Positions 12,742 through 26,767 are shown, numbered from the stretch's first letter. The stretch is 64,000 nucleotides of DNA from Paraspadella gotoi (GCA_051294375.1 CM119264.1:30135693-30199692); one strand, 5' to 3'. Notes: generated from the sequence alone by a model not told the origin. Translations and numbers: made by a program.

Positions 12742-13641
12742 GTCTTAACTCACGATTTTCACCCCGACTTTTTTTTGAATCTCATTTCTGGCTTACTGCC
12801 TTGTTGTTGTTGTTGTTGCTGTTGTTATTGTTATTGTTGCTTCTTAGTTTCCTTTGCTATTTTGCAAAACCGAAACTGCATCCAGGTTTATTGAATTACT
12901 TTCTCTCACTCTTCGTAGACTGTAGGATACTGTAGTCCCTTGAATATATAATGTAATATTTCGTGTGGGATTCAAAAGTTTAATACAAAGGCAGGAAGAG
13001 AAATAAATAAATGACAGGATGACAAAATAGATGAAGAAAAGAACAATATGGACAAAAGGAAATTCATGGCTGGATGAAGAAATGTCAGGAAGACATGATG
13101 ACATTTTATGGAAGGGAAAACAAATGATAAAATTTTAAAATACCGAAATGACAGACGTCGAAAGGGCAAAATGATAAAAAAGAGAAAATCACAGTGACAA
13201 AATGACAAAATAAAAAAAAAGACATAATTATGGAATGTCAAAACGCAAAACGACGAAATGCCAAATCGCCAAAATGACAAAAAATGAAAAGTGACGACAT
13301 GACAAGTCTAATTACGCGCGAATAACTTAAAAAAATACAATTCTTACTAGATTTTTCGCTTTTAAAAAACGGGGAAAAATAAGAAATTTTCAAGACATTT
13401 TATGTTTTTCCTAAACTTTTTTTACAACTTGAATCTTCTTGAGAGAAAATTCCAGGTCCCGCTGAGAAGCGACGAAAATCGTTGTCGGTTTCCATCGTAA
13501 AAATAAATCTCATTTAGTTGGAAACTTGGCTCGACGGGTTGTTGGGGGGCTGAGTGGTTGTGAGGTGGTGAGGCTGGGTGGTTGGGTGGTTAAATGGTGG
13601 TGGGTTTTGGGTGGGTGATTGCGTGGTCTGGTGGTGGATGA

Positions 13642-14049
13642 TTTTTAGTTGCGCCAAGAGTACTCACGGAGCAACTCTATAAGTCACCTTTCGGTCGGTC
13701 GGTCGGTCCGTTGGTATGTCTGTCCGTCGGTATGTCTGTCCATCGTTCTGTCCCACTTACATTAAAAATACATATAGTTTGCCTATAGTTGGTTAGCTCA
13801 TTTGTTAATACAGAAACAAGCCTCAAATCTAAGGGACTGCTAGCGCTGACTTCACTGAAGGCTTCAGGAATTCTTAAAACTATAAGGAATAAAAGACGGA
13901 ATTTTGATGCAGTGCATGTCATAAATACACAGGCAAAGAAAGTTTTTTAGTCATGTCATATCATGTCATATCAAATCATATGATCGAAGGGAAATACACA
14001 TGAAAATAAAATCACTGCGGCGCAACACATTGGAATTACCGTTCTTGTT
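13642..14049 (+). mobile_element. Non-autonomous Helentron-associated element (HINE/DINE-1-like), apparently full length
   Basis: T-rich 5' end, subterminal gttgcgcc with a local inverted partner gcaact, (CGGT)n/(CTGT)n microsatellite, catgt repeats, 3' subterminal ggcgcaac, ending cttgtt; colinear with 26768-27105. Confidence 0.8.
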
Positions 14050-15302
14050 AAAGAGAAAACGAAAGATCTGATGTTATGGAAAATCAGCCCTCGAACGAGG
14101 AGGTAAGCGTAAGAGATCGGGAACGACTGGGCGTCGGTGTATTGTATTGTATTGTATTGTATTGTATTTAATTGTTGAGAGCTCATTGCGATGTGCGGGG
14201 CCGCAGTGGCGAGTAGAGTCTCACTGGCTGATCTCGGGCTCTTCTGCGAGACAAGTTTATCCTAAATCTTATAATTAACGTTACAATTTGCCAAGAACAT
14301 TAGCAAAATAATGTTTTACAATATTTTGGTTTCTTTAAAAAATATTAAAAACCTATATATCTTTAAAAGATATTTTGCAGTAAGACTTAAATCGCAATTC
14401 ATTTTAAAATTTTTACTGCTGTTTTTTCTCTCTATATTTTTGACATTTTTTATATATCCCTGGCTCCCAAAAAATATACAGGGCTTTGTGAAGAATGTCT
14501 ACACCCCTGGATCGTAAGGGGGGGGTAGCTAAAGGAGAAAGTTTTCCTCGGTCGCCTCATCTAAAGGCGTTAAGCCGCAAGGATGAGCCGCGCCTCATAT
14601 CGAGAAGCACTCCCCCCCCGCCCCCCTCTGTGCCCGACGTTTGAAATTTAAAACAATTTCTCTCGACAGGAGATAGTTTGTTGATGGTGGGCGGGAAATG
14701 AGTTGGGGTTGAGGGTTGAGGGGTGAGGGAGGAAAGGGGATGAGGAGGAGATTGGGGGGAAGGAAGGAGGAAAGGGAAGATAAGAGGAAGTAAGGGAGGA
14801 GATAAAAGGATGGAGAGAAAAAGGGATGAATTAAAAGGAGGAAAAAAGGAAAGGAGAAATAGATAGGAAATAAAAAAGGAAAAAAAGAAGAAAAAGCGGA
14901 AAGGAGAAAGGAAGGAAAATAAAAAAGAGGAAAAAGAAAAGAAAAGAGAAAAAAAAGGAGGAAAGAAGAAAAGAGAAAAAAAAGGAGGAAAGAAGAAAAC
15001 CGAGAAAACTAGAAATGAGGAAAGTAGGAAGTAGGAAAGAGAAATGTCAAAAAAAAAAGAAAATGAAAAAGAAAGGAAAAAGAAGTAAAAGAAAAGAAAA
15101 GAAAATGAAAAATGATAAAAAAAGAGAAAAAAGCAAAAAGGAGGAAATTTAAAGAAAATGAAAAAGAAAGGAAAAAGGAGGAAAAAGAAAAGAGAAGAAA
15201 AGAGAAGAAACGGAGGAAAACGATCAGTGGCCGCAAGAGAACGAATGCAAAATTTCCAAGTTGAGGTTTCGTTGACGCTTTTGCATTATGCACACTCTCT
15301 CT

Positions 15303-15345
<43 letters not shown>

Positions 15346-15402
15346 TCTTTCTCATTCTCTTCTTTCATTTATGTACATTTTCTCTCGATCTTTCTTTTCT
15401 TT

Positions 15403-15467
<65 letters not shown>

Positions 15468-15519
15468 TGTTGATCTCGATCGTCGTCTCGCATTGCCATT
15501 CGCGGTTCACTTTCCATGA

Positions 15520-15740
15520 AAAGAAAAAGAAAAAAGAAAAATAAAAGAAAAAAGGATAAAGAAAAAGAAAAAGAAAAAGAAAAAGAAAAAGAAAAAGAAA
15601 AAAGGATAAAGAAAAAGAAAAAGAAAAAGAAAAAGAAAAAGAAAAAAGGATAAAGAAAAAGAAAAAGAAAAAGAAAAAGAAAAAAGGATAAAGAAAAAGA
15701 AAAAAGAAAAAAGAAAAAGAAAAAGAAAAAGAAAAAAGAA
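15520..15740. repeat. (GAAAAA)n hexamer microsatellite
   Basis: Direct reading. Confidence 0.92.
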
Positions 15741-17986
15741 ATTTACAAATTGAAAAATCTTTGGTGCGACGTCAACCGGAACCACCTTTGGCGTCACGTC
15801 ACGAGGCGTCAATTTGCGCCACAAGGCGTCAATCAAAGCGGGCGTGGCTGAATGTTTCGGGGTCACGACGCAAATGACAACCGAAATTCCAAATTCTTAC
15901 AAAACAATTGTCAATCTGCACAATGATTTTATTATTTCGGAACATTGGTTCTTCCTCATCGAACTTAAATTCGCACTAAGTTATTTTGTTCATCAATAGA
16001 ATCAGTCATTCGTTCCACACGCATTGCACCGTCGTCTCAATGAAACTATGCCCGCACACTCATCCGCCCTCGTGTTACTTAGTCACATTGCAACGTCTTC
16101 ACAGTGATTCTATGCCCGCACACTTATCCATCCGCTCGCACAATCATTCTTCGCCGACTTCTAATCTATAGATAAATGTAATTACTTATAAATGTAATTA
16201 CTTATAAATGTAATTACTTATCAGTAATCGTGTTTGAATTCAAATCTTTGGTCCAGCTGATCACAGATCCTGACTTTTCAAGATTTGGACGAAAGCAAAA
16301 GACAAAATCAGTTCAACTCCAGACGATTTTTATCTTTTTAATTCCTTTCTTCTTCTTCTTCTTTTTCTTCTTCCTCCTCCTCCTCATGGTTCCAATTCCT
16401 AATCCTCCAAAATCTCAAGTTTCAGCGGATGCTGTTTCGTCGTCGTCGTCGTCCGTCGTCGTTTGCTCCATCGTTGCTTTGTATCTTTGTCAGTGTCGGT
16501 TTCAGAATATCAATATCGCTAACATTATTGTTGTTGTCGTTTTATCAATATCCTATATTGTCAAGCTTTCTAGTCATCCTCGCCAGAGGTCACTCTCCGG
16601 ATCCCATTAGCTGCCCCCTCCTTATAATTCTTTCTCTCGTGTCGCCTTTAGAAAAAAAAACTGGGGCCCGCCCCTTTAGGCAAAAAAATATTCCCCTCTG
16701 AACAGAGAGAGAGGAAAGTAAACAGCGTCATCCATGCTATAGTGAAAATACAGTTTTATTAGTAAATTTAAAATATTGTAAACAATGTGCATTTTTTTAA
16801 TGTTTAAAGTTGGGATATTTTTTTAAATGACAATTTAACTAATTACTTTAATTGAAAACCGAATAGAGAATATAAAAAAAAAACGATTTTCCGAAACATA
16901 TTTTGCTTGATTGAAATTTCTAAATTAAATTTGTCATCATCATCAGCATCATCCAATAAAGGAAGCTAACTTTCAATTATAATTTCAAATTTATAATCAG
17001 TTCAACAAGTAGCACTTCCTATTATAAACTTCACAAAAAATTCTCCCTAACCTCTCATGCATTTACGCCATTGGCATTAATAATGTAAAATTTTACCCTA
17101 GGCTAAGTAAAACTTCCCATTATCAGTAGCATCTTTGTTTAATTTATAATGTACACCTCAGCTCTAAAAAAATCCTTTTTCCAAGTATTTTAAACAATAA
17201 TTACAATTATAATTCACAATATAAATACGTCAATCACCCATAGACTCAATTATAAACCTCAAGCAAATACACCTTCTCTTTCCACCTCCACCAATTCCAC
17301 ACGATCCAACCACATCTATCAGTGACCACAAGACCACAAAACTCCCCACAAAATCCTTTCACGTCACGCGCTTCTCTCCACGAAAAAGCTTTTTTCAGTC
17401 GATGTCAAGACTAATTCTCTCTGTTTCGTTGGTTCAGAGAAAGAAGGAAGTTTTGGGTTTTTATATCTTGGTTTTAATTTAATATATAAATATAGATAAA
17501 TAAGAGTCCAGAGTCATGGCAGATTGTATAATAAAAATTTACTCTTTATAACAATATTGATAAGACTAGGATTCTTATGGTCGAAAGACAATTACCATAA
17601 ATCAATTGCATCAAAATAATTATAAGAAATTTATAAAAAAAAGTACTAGAATGCTAAAGTTCAATAACATTAAACGACTTTTTTGGTTTCAATTAAGAAA
17701 TTATTTGTTTGTTTGTTTACAACAACGAAATTATTTTGAAGAAGATGACTTTTTTTTCAAAAATGGTCATTGGATTTTATTAGCTCAGCTTGACCAGACT
17801 TTGTCTCTCTTCACCCATCTCCTAAATTTCTTTTCTTCCCTTTTTCCTTTTTTCAATTCCTCTCTCCCTCTCCTCCCCTCTTCCCTCTCCCTCTCACCCC
17901 CCATAAAATCTGTTCAGCCCACGATTACTCTCTTCTTCTCTCATCTCTTCTTCTCTCTCTCTCTCTCTCTCCTCCTCTCTTCTCCT

Positions 17987-18020
<34 letters not shown>

Positions 18021-18165
18021 ACACACACATTTTATCGACGTTTTCTTTATCGATTTTTTTTTTCGCACACCAATCAACTTTTTTTTCATTTTTTACGATC
18101 GTAGAGTGAAGAACGTAAGACTGCAATAGGAAAGTGATCCAGGCGGTTAGAAGATTTTCTTGACA

Positions 18166-18259
18166 ATGTTCTTTCACAGGGTCAGGGACGAATCTCAATC
18201 TCGTTGTTTACAGGGGTTTTTGTGGCAGAACATCACAAGCACATTGCCCAATTGGCAAG
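18166..18259 (+). CDS. Candidate first coding exon (MFFHRVRDESQSRCLQGFLWQNITSTLPNWQ), unknown protein
   Basis: ATG-initiated frame ending at a consensus donor CAAG|GTGAGT in phase 1, compatible with exon 21561-21648. Confidence 0.3.
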
Positions 18260-20100
18260 GTGAGTAAGAGTACAAAGAACCGGTCGATGAATCTAAATAA
18301 TTTTACTTCAAATTGGCCACTATCAGGATACCTGCAGATATCTGGTGTGGGCTTTTATCGGTAAAAAACGCCCGTTTCTCTCTTCACTTTACCAATTATT
18401 TTTTTTCCCCGCCACGTGATACCTAATATAATTAAATTTAATTAATTAATTAATAATACCTCCGTTATATTCCGTTCAAGACAAGTATCCTCATAATATC
18501 AGTCTGTTCTCTTCATATCATCATCTCCTCTCACTCTACTTAAATCCTCTTCTACTGAGTCACAACTCACCCCGCCTTTTCCACGCTGACTTTCTACCCA
18601 CTTCCTGGCCTCTCTCCAAATTTTTCTCCGCCTACACCCACAATCCCGCCATTATTACTCTTCTCCTCCTTTCCTCCCCCACTCCTCCCCCTTTATCACC
18701 TTCCTCTTCCTCTCCACACTCACGCTCCGTCCATCCTCAACTCCTATGTCTCTCCTTCCCAATCCTCTCCTTCTCGCTCTCTTCTTCATCCTTCCTCCGC
18801 ACCCCCCCCACGCCGCCTAAACCCCATAACACCACCTAAACCCTTAACCCCGAACCGATGTCTGGCCAGCAGCATTTCAGTTATTCAGCGAACCTCTAGG
18901 ACCACAGCGAAATCGTTGAACGATATAACATTTCTAATATTTCCTTCGTCGAGAGATCTTCGTCTAGCGGTGTGAAGGGAGGACGAATAGATCGGGGGAT
19001 AGAAAGGGAGACAGATATCGGGGTTTAGAATGGACGGTTCGACAAGACATGGGGGTAGGCGGGACAAGAATGAAGCGGGTACGCATTGAGCATGAGGGAC
19101 ATAAAATCGAGGGTCAAGAAGGAGGATAGACATGAGGGGGCAGAATGTGGGGGGACAAATGGATGTGGGACTAGAAGGGGGCATTAGAAAATGGACAGAA
19201 TGGCGGAATAGAAGACAGACGACCGACCACAGAAGTAACTGATGCCGGGGCATGGGAAAGAGGGACAGAAATGGGGGATGAGGAAGGGCAAAAGATAGAG
19301 ACAGACGGGAAAAAAAGGCAAAACATAATGTTAAAGATACCATCTAATTGTTACACTTGAATCAAATATCACCTCTGCTAAGATGCAAATGAGCGCAATT
19401 AAAAAAGAACAAGATCACAAACTAAGGTTTGAAAACATTGATTTAAGAATAAACAAAAGACACCGTCTTATATTCTATTGACATATTAGAATATACAATT
19501 AAATTATCGTTGATTGTTATGCGAGCCAGAAATTTATGATTGGAAGTCAAACTAAATATAAGAAAGAAAGAAAGAAAAACGATAAATGTGACTAAGAGAG
19601 GTTAAAGATTTAAGAAAAAAGCTGATAAAGGAAAAAGAGGAAAAAAAGACAATTGAGGTCATTTTATTAATGGAGTGGAGAAACTTTCGTTAACAGGGAT
19701 TTGGGGTTCGTTCTTTCTAATGTCTTTCTTCATATCTTTTCTTTCTCTTTACTTTCTCTTCTCTTCTTCTCTTTCTATTCTTTTCTTTTCTTATCCTTCT
19801 TTCTTGTTTCCTTGTCTGTTCTTCGTTAATCCGGTGTTCCTTCTTACGCGATATAATATATCTTATAGAACTCCTTCTTTCTCTTACTCTTCTACTCACT
19901 CCTCTCTTCATTTCCTCTCTCATACTCTCTCTTCATCCTCTCTCTCTCCTCTCCTCTACTACTCATCATCTTCCCCTACCGAACATGATCGCTAATGCGT
20001 TGCATCTTCCTTCAAATTGCTAATAGCTAGCCGCTCAACCCCTCGACGCACAAAACAAAACAACCCGACAAAAACCTGGTCCCTCTCCTTCTCTCCCGCC

Positions 20101-20203
<103 letters not shown>

Positions 20204-20764
20204 TCCCTCCCTTTTCCGCCATATTTTTTCCTCCAATCAAAATACCGTGTAAGATTTTTAAGGAAAACATATTTTTGCTTTTTTTTTATCAAAAAAAATA
20301 TCTATCGGAGACATTATCCTCATCAGTCTTTTTTAACATGCATAATACATTAAAAAGCGTAATGTATTATCATACGATTGTATTGAATATGTAAGTCGTA
20401 CCGCAACAACCAAAATGTTAATCAGCTATTTTAATAAGAGTGCAAAGATGAATTTCCTGCAGGAATTTGTTTTTTAAAAACTTAAATAATAATTTATTAT
20501 TTGACTTTGTTTTCTAAAATGATCAATTTTTAAAATTTAAATAAAAATTTCTTTTTACTTTTATGACTGCACTACCAGAAAAAATAAGCATTTTTCTCTA
20601 TCTGACGCAGAACCCAAATAATAACAAAGCATCGTTCATAAACAATTACTAACATAACATTTATTAGTTTAATTAAGAAGGAAGGACATAACTGGTAACA
20701 AAATCTGACTTCGATGACATTGAAGAGAAAGAAATTGCGACTGTGGAAACAAAAGATTCGAGAA

Positions 20765-21075
20765 AAAAAAGACTCAGCCGATAGGGAAAAACAAGTCTCA
20801 GCCGATAGAGAAAAACAAAAAACAAAAACAATCTGGAAAAAACAAAAGACTCAGTTGATAGAGAAAAACAAAAGTCTCAGCTGATAGGTAAAATTAAAAG
20901 ACTCAGCCAATCAGGAAAAAACAAAAGTCTTAGCCGATAGAGAAAAATAAAAGACTCAGCCAATCGGAAAAAACAAAAGAATCAGTTGATAGGAAAAAAC
21001 AAAAGTCTCAGCCGATAGAGAAAAACAAAAGACTCAGTTGATAGGAAGAAACAAAAGATTCAGCGAATCGGGGAG
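20765..21075. repeat. Minisatellite, ~29-30 bp unit aaaagactcagccgatagagaaaaacaa
   Basis: About 10 diverged tandem copies. Confidence 0.88.
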
Positions 21076-21560
21076 AAAAAAAATAAACTCTCGTTTGGCT
21101 GAACAATAATTACAAGTGACAACAGAAGTAAACAGAGAGAGCAAAGATCATGTGACGAGAAAATGAGGCCAAAAGAAAGAAAGAAAAAAAGAAAAAAAAT
21201 GATTATTAATTGGTAGAACAAGTTACGATCTACATTGAGGCGAAACATGCTGAAGCTGGAGCTAAAAATGATTCCCTGATTTAAATTACAAAAAAAAAAC
21301 CCAAAAAAACCAGCAATGACAGATTTTAAATTAAAAAAAAAAATTTTTTGATAGAATCTTGGTTATGGAAAATACGTTGGAAGAGACAAAAAATGGACGG
21401 TGTATTTAATACTAGTCGCCTCGCATTATTTTTTTTCCTTTGGCTAAAGTGTAAACAATTTTTTTCTTTTTCCTTTTCCTCTTCCTTCTCTTACTCTTCC
21501 TCTCCATTTGAGCTCTGAAAATGTGTAAATTTAGACGACAAATTCTTTATATATCTGTAG

Positions 21561-21648
21561 GCGGCTGTATCTGTTGTTTATTTAAAGAAGTCGCGCGACA
21601 AAAAGTTCTTCCCACGCTTGAAAGGGAATTCTTGATTAAAGCAAACAG
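21561..21648 (+). CDS. Candidate internal exon (GGCICCLFKEVARQKVLPTLEREFLIKANR)
   Basis: Acceptor ctgtag| and donor cag|gtgagt; only the phase-1 frame is open. Confidence 0.4.
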
Positions 21649-22080
21649 GTGAGTTAATTGCAATCTTGCGCCGCTGAGACTTTGGCGTGAACATCAATGA
21701 GAGAAGTTCCAAACGATGACTCGAGAGAGTTTGGCAATGGCATAAAGGTCAAATTGGGAGAAGGAAAAGTGGGCGGTCGGTCGGTCGTCGGTGGTCGGTC
21801 TGTTGAGTTTTTGTTTTCGTTTTTAATTGTAACTACTATTTCTTTTCCTTTTCTTTTTCTTTTCTTTCTTACTTTTCTTTTCTTTCTTTTTTTTTATTTT
21901 TGTTTTCTTTTCTTCTTTCTTTCTTTTTTTTTTCCCTTTTTTCTTTTCTTTTCTTTTTCTTTTCTTTTGCTTTTCTTTTCTTTCTTTCTTTTCTTTTTCT
22001 TTTTCTTTTTTTTTTTATTTTCCTTTTCTTATTTCATTTCTTTTCTTTTTCTTTTCTTTTTTTCTTTTCCTTTTCTTTTC

Positions 22081-22111
<31 letters not shown>

Positions 22112-22334
22112 CTTTTCTTTTCTTTTCTTTTCTTCTTTTTTTTTTTTAAATTTTTCTTTTCTTTTCATTTCTTTTCTTTTGCTTTTCTTTTCTTTTATTT
22201 TTCTTTTCTTTTATTTTCTTTTCTTTTTCTTTTCCTTTCTTTTCTTTCTTTTTCTTTTCTTTTGTCCTTTTCTTTCTTTTCTTTTTTTCTTTTTTTTTCC
22301 TCCTTTTTTTTTCTTTTCTTTTCTTTTTATAATT

Positions 22335-22762
22335 TCTTTGCATTGAAACTCGACGAGCTTTACATTGGAAACTCGACGAACTTTGCATTGAAACCTCGAC
22401 GAGCTTTGCATTGAACTCGACGAACTTTTGCATTGAAACTCGACAAACTTTGCATTGGGAAACCGACAAGCTTTGCATTGAAACTCGACAAACTTTGGCA
22501 TTGAAACTCAACGAGCTTTGCATTGAAACTCGACGAGCTTTGCATTGAAACCGACGAGCTTGCATTGAAACTCGTTGAACTTTGCATTGAAAACTTGAAC
22601 AAACTTTGCATTTGAAACTCGACGAGCTTTTGCATTGAACTAACTTCACGAGCTTTGCATGAAAACTCGTTGGAACTTTGCATTGAAACTCGAGCGAACT
22701 TCTTGCATTGAAACTCGACGAGCTTTGCATTGAAGACTCGACGAACTTTTGCATTGAAACTC
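22335..22762. repeat. Minisatellite, 22 bp unit ctttgcattgaaactcgacga(a/g)
   Basis: About 19 tandem copies with indels; a cleaner copy of the array follows a 25-N gap at 23632-23758. Confidence 0.95.
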
Positions 22763-22957
22763 ATTCCACCCGATTCGTTTTGCTTATGACTTCCGCTTTT
22801 TTTCTCAATTCGAAAGCGATATAACACAAATATCCACAAAAACTCCAAAAAAAAGTGGCCTCTCTGTCTCGCTCTCGCTCTTAATATTTTTTCTTCCTTT
22901 CTTTCTTTCTTTTTTTCTTTCTTTCTTCTCTTTTTCTTCGTCCTTTCTTTTATCTTT

Positions 22958-22989
<32 letters not shown>

Positions 22990-23631
22990 TTCTTTCCTTA
23001 TTCCTCTCTCTCTCTCCCTCTCTCGTCTCTGATCCATCCTCGACTCTCTCTCTCTCCTCTCTGCTCTCTGTCTCTTTTTCACACTCTCTCTCTTCTTTCT
23101 CCTCTCCTCTCCCTCGACGCTCAAACACCCTTTTCCTTATATCGTCAACAGTCGGTGTTCGTCCTCACTCCTCCTCCTCCTCCTCCTCACTCCTCCGCAC
23201 GTGCTTTCCCGTCGTCCTGCTATCTCTCTCTCATCTCTCATCTCTATCTCTATAAAATCCATCCTATCGCTCTTCTCTCTGTCTCGCTTTCTCTTAGTCT
23301 TCTCCGGTTTTCATCATTCTTCTTAAACTGAGGAGGTAATTTTTTTCGTTTGCGGTTGGATTCGTCGTCGAAATAAAATATATTATATAACATAATAATA
23401 ATATATTATTTATTTTTAATATCACGGTGGCATGCCAAGTAATCATGAATCCTTTCAAGTATTTTTTTTTTTAAATATACAGTATTTTTTTTAAATAATC
23501 AATATTAAAAAAGTTTTAAAAATTATTTTACATTGAATGCAGGGAAATTTTATCGTTAAAAAAGAAAAAACTTTTTTTTCCATTTTTTTATTTAAAAAAA
23601 AATCATNNNNNNNNNNNNNNNNNNNNNNNNN

Positions 23632-24490
23632 GCTTTGCATTGAAACTCGACGAGCTTTGCATTGAAACTCGTTGAACTTTGCATTGAAACTCGACGAACT
23701 TTGCATTGAAACTCGACGAGCTTTGCATTGAAACTCGACGAACTTTGCATTGAAACTCATTCCACCCGATTTCGTTTCGCTTATGACTTCCGCTTTTCTC
23801 AATTCGAAGCGATAAACGCAAATATCCAAAAACTCCAAAAAAAAGTGGCTTCTCTGTNNNNNNNNNNNNNNNNNNNNNNNNNNNNNNNNNNNNNNNNNNN
23901 NNNNNNNNNNNNNNNNNNNNNNNNNNNNNNNNNNNNNNNNNNNNNNNNNNNNNNNNNNNNNNNNNNNNNNNNNNNNNNNNNNNNNNNNNNNNNNNNNNNN
24001 NNNNNNNNNNNNNNNNNNNNNNNNNNNNNNNNNNNNNNNNNNNNNNNNNTCTCTCTCCTTCTTTCTCTCTCTCCCTCGACGCTCAACACCCTTTTCCTTC
24101 ATATCGTCACAGTCGTCGTTCGTCCTCCTCCTCCTCCTCCTCCTCCGCACGTGCTTTCCCTCGCTCCTCTATCTCTCTCTCTCACTCTATCTCTCTCTCG
24201 CTCTCTCTCTGTCTCGCTCTCTCTAGTCTTCTCCGGTTTTCCATCATTCTTCTCCTGAGGAGGATAATTTTTCGTTTGCGTTGGATTCGTCGAAATAAAT
24301 ATATATCTACAATTTAATATACATTTATTTTTTAATTCACGGCATGCCAGTAATCATATCTTTCTAGTACATATTTTTTTTCCAGTATTTTTTAAATAAT
24401 CATATAAAAAAAGTTTCTAAATTTTACATGACGCAGGGAAAATTTATCGTTTAAAAAAGAAAAACTTTTTTAAATTTTTTTAAAAAATCA
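23632..24490. repeat. Direct duplicate of ~22640-23606 (probable assembly artefact)
   Basis: Same satellite and unique downstream sequence on both sides of the 25-N gap 23607-23631; the left copy has many single-base insertions. Confidence 0.85.
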
Positions 24491-26767
24491 TCAAAACAAA
24501 AAAGTAAAATTAACTTTTTTCTCCAATCGGTTTTTTTTTCTTGCGAAGAAACGAAAGACTAATTTTCCTTCAACCAAAACTAAAAATTTAGGAAAAACCA
24601 AAAAAAGAAAGAAAATAAAAGGAAAAAGTAAAAAAAAAAGAAAAAAAGGAAAAAAAAGAAAGAAAAAGGAAAAAAATTTAAAAAAGAACAAAAAGCAAAA
24701 GGAAAAAAAGGGAAAAAAAATGAAAAAAAGAAAAAAAAAGGAAAAAAAGGAAAAAAAGGGGAAGTCCTTCCTTCGCTCGATTATCCTTCATAATTCAACG
24801 ATGTTCATTTTTCACCTCAACTTTTTTNNNNNNNNNNNNNNNNNNNNNNNNNNNNNNNNNNNNNNNNNNNNNNNNNNNNNNNNNNNNNNNNNNNNNNNNN
24901 NNNNNNNNNNNNNNNNNNNNNNNNNNNNNNNNNNNNNNNNNNNNNNNNNNNNNNNNNNNNNNNNNNNNNNNNNNNNNNNNNNNNNNNNNNNNNNNNNNNN
25001 NNNNNNNNNNNNNNNNNNNNNNNNNNNNNNNNNNNNNNNNNNNNNNNNNNNNNNNNNNNNNNNNNNNNNNNNNNNNNNNNNNNNNNNNNNNNNNNNNNNN
25101 NNNNNNNNNNNNNNNNNNNNNNNNNNNNNNNNNNNNNNNNNNNNNNNNNNNNNNNNNNNNNNNNNNNNNNNNNNNNNNNNNNNNNNNNNNNNNNNNNNNN
25201 NNNNNNNNNNNNNNNNNNNNNNNNNNNNNNNNNNNNNNNNNNNNNNNNNNNNNNNNNNNNNNNNNNNNNNNNNNNNNNNNNNNNNNNNNNNNNNNNNNNN
25301 NNNNNNNNNNNNNNNNNNNNNNNNNNNNNNNNNNNNNNNNNNNNNNNNNNNNNNNNNNNNNNNNNNNNNNNNNNNNNNNNNNNNNNNNNNNNNNNNNNNN
25401 NNNNNNNNNNNNNNNNNNNNNNNNNNNNNNNNNNNNNNNNNNNNNNNNNNNNNNNNNNNNNNNNNNNNNNNNNNNNNNNNNNNNNNNNNNNNNNNNNNNN
25501 NNNNNNNNNNNNNNNNNNTCATGAATGGATTATTTTTATATTATTTTTATATTTTTATATTAGTAGCATCAATTTCATATGCATAATTTACGAAGGTTTA
25601 AAAAATATTTCATATGTAGTACTCTAGCGCTTCGAGGTTTTTTTATTGAGGTTGAATGACCAAAAGACCGAAAGATCCAACGCTGATCAGTAACGACTTC
25701 AGGCGCTGAGTNNNNNNNNNNNNNNNNNNNNNNNNNNNNNNNNNNNNNNNNNNNNNNNNNNNNNNNNNNNNNNNNNNNNNNNNNNNNNNNNNNNNNNNNN
25801 NNNNNNNNNNNNNNNNNNNNNNNNNNNNNNNNNNNNNNNNNNNNNNNNNNNNNNNNNNNNNNNNNNNNNNNNNNNNNNNNNNNNNNNNNNNNNNNNNNNN
25901 NNNNNNNNNNNNNNNNNNNNNNNNNNNNATAAAACTGGTGGTCATAGGAATATCATATCATATTAAGTGTGATAATATTTAAAATTTTAAATGAATGAAA
26001 TGAAAAAAAANNNNNNNNNNNNNNNNNNNNNNNNNNNNNNNNNNNNNNNNNNNNNNNNNNNNNNNNNNNNNNNNNNNNNNNNNNNNNNNNNNNNNNNNNN
26101 NNNNNNNNNNNNNNNNNNNNNNNNNNNNNNNNNNNNNNNNNNNNNNNNNNNNNNNNNNNNNNNNNNNNNNNNNNNNNNNNNNNNNNNNNNNNNNNNNNNN
26201 NNNNNNNNNNNNNNNNNNNNNNNNNNNNNNNNNNNNNNNNNNNNNNNNNNNNNNNNNNNNNNNNNNNNNNNNNNNNNNNNNNNNNNNNNNNNNNNNNNNN
26301 NNNNNNNNNNNGTCAAAGACCATCTCGGACCAAAGAAAACAAGGCGTCTCAGTTGGAAACTGTCGTCGTCGTCGTCGTCGTCGCTTTAAATTCACCCAAA
26401 AAACAGGAAGAAACCAATTTTGCGAAAACAAGAGGAAACTGTTGACATAATTCGGGAAAGAAATTCTTAAAAAAGGATTAAATAAAGAAAGGAGAAGAAA
26501 AGGAAAAAGGAAAAGAAGGAATGAAAAAAAGGAAAGGAAAGAAGAATAGAAGAGAAGAGAAGAGAAGAAAGGACAGGAAAGGAAAAGAAAGGAAAAGAGA
26601 AGAGATGAGAGGAGAGGAAAGGAAAGGAAAGGAATGAAAAGGAAAGGAAAGGAAAGGAAAGGAAAGAAATGAAAAGGAAAGGAAAAGAAAGGAAAAGAGA
26701 AGAGATGAGACGAGATGAGAGAAAAGGAAAGGAATGAAAATGAAAGGAAAAGAAAATAAAAGAATAG

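Noticed and set aside
20290-20330. Additional hammerhead (ctgatgagga...tccgata on - strand); also CTGATGA hits near 6280, 27877 and 28103
   Set aside because: No GAAA following a stem II and no stem I/III
22335-22762. CRISPR-like 22-bp repeats and ORFs 22146-23124
   Set aside because: Head-to-tail satellite with no spacers; the ORFs are translations of the repeat
24720-26389. Long ORFs containing X runs (also 36936-38209)
   Set aside because: They simply span N gaps
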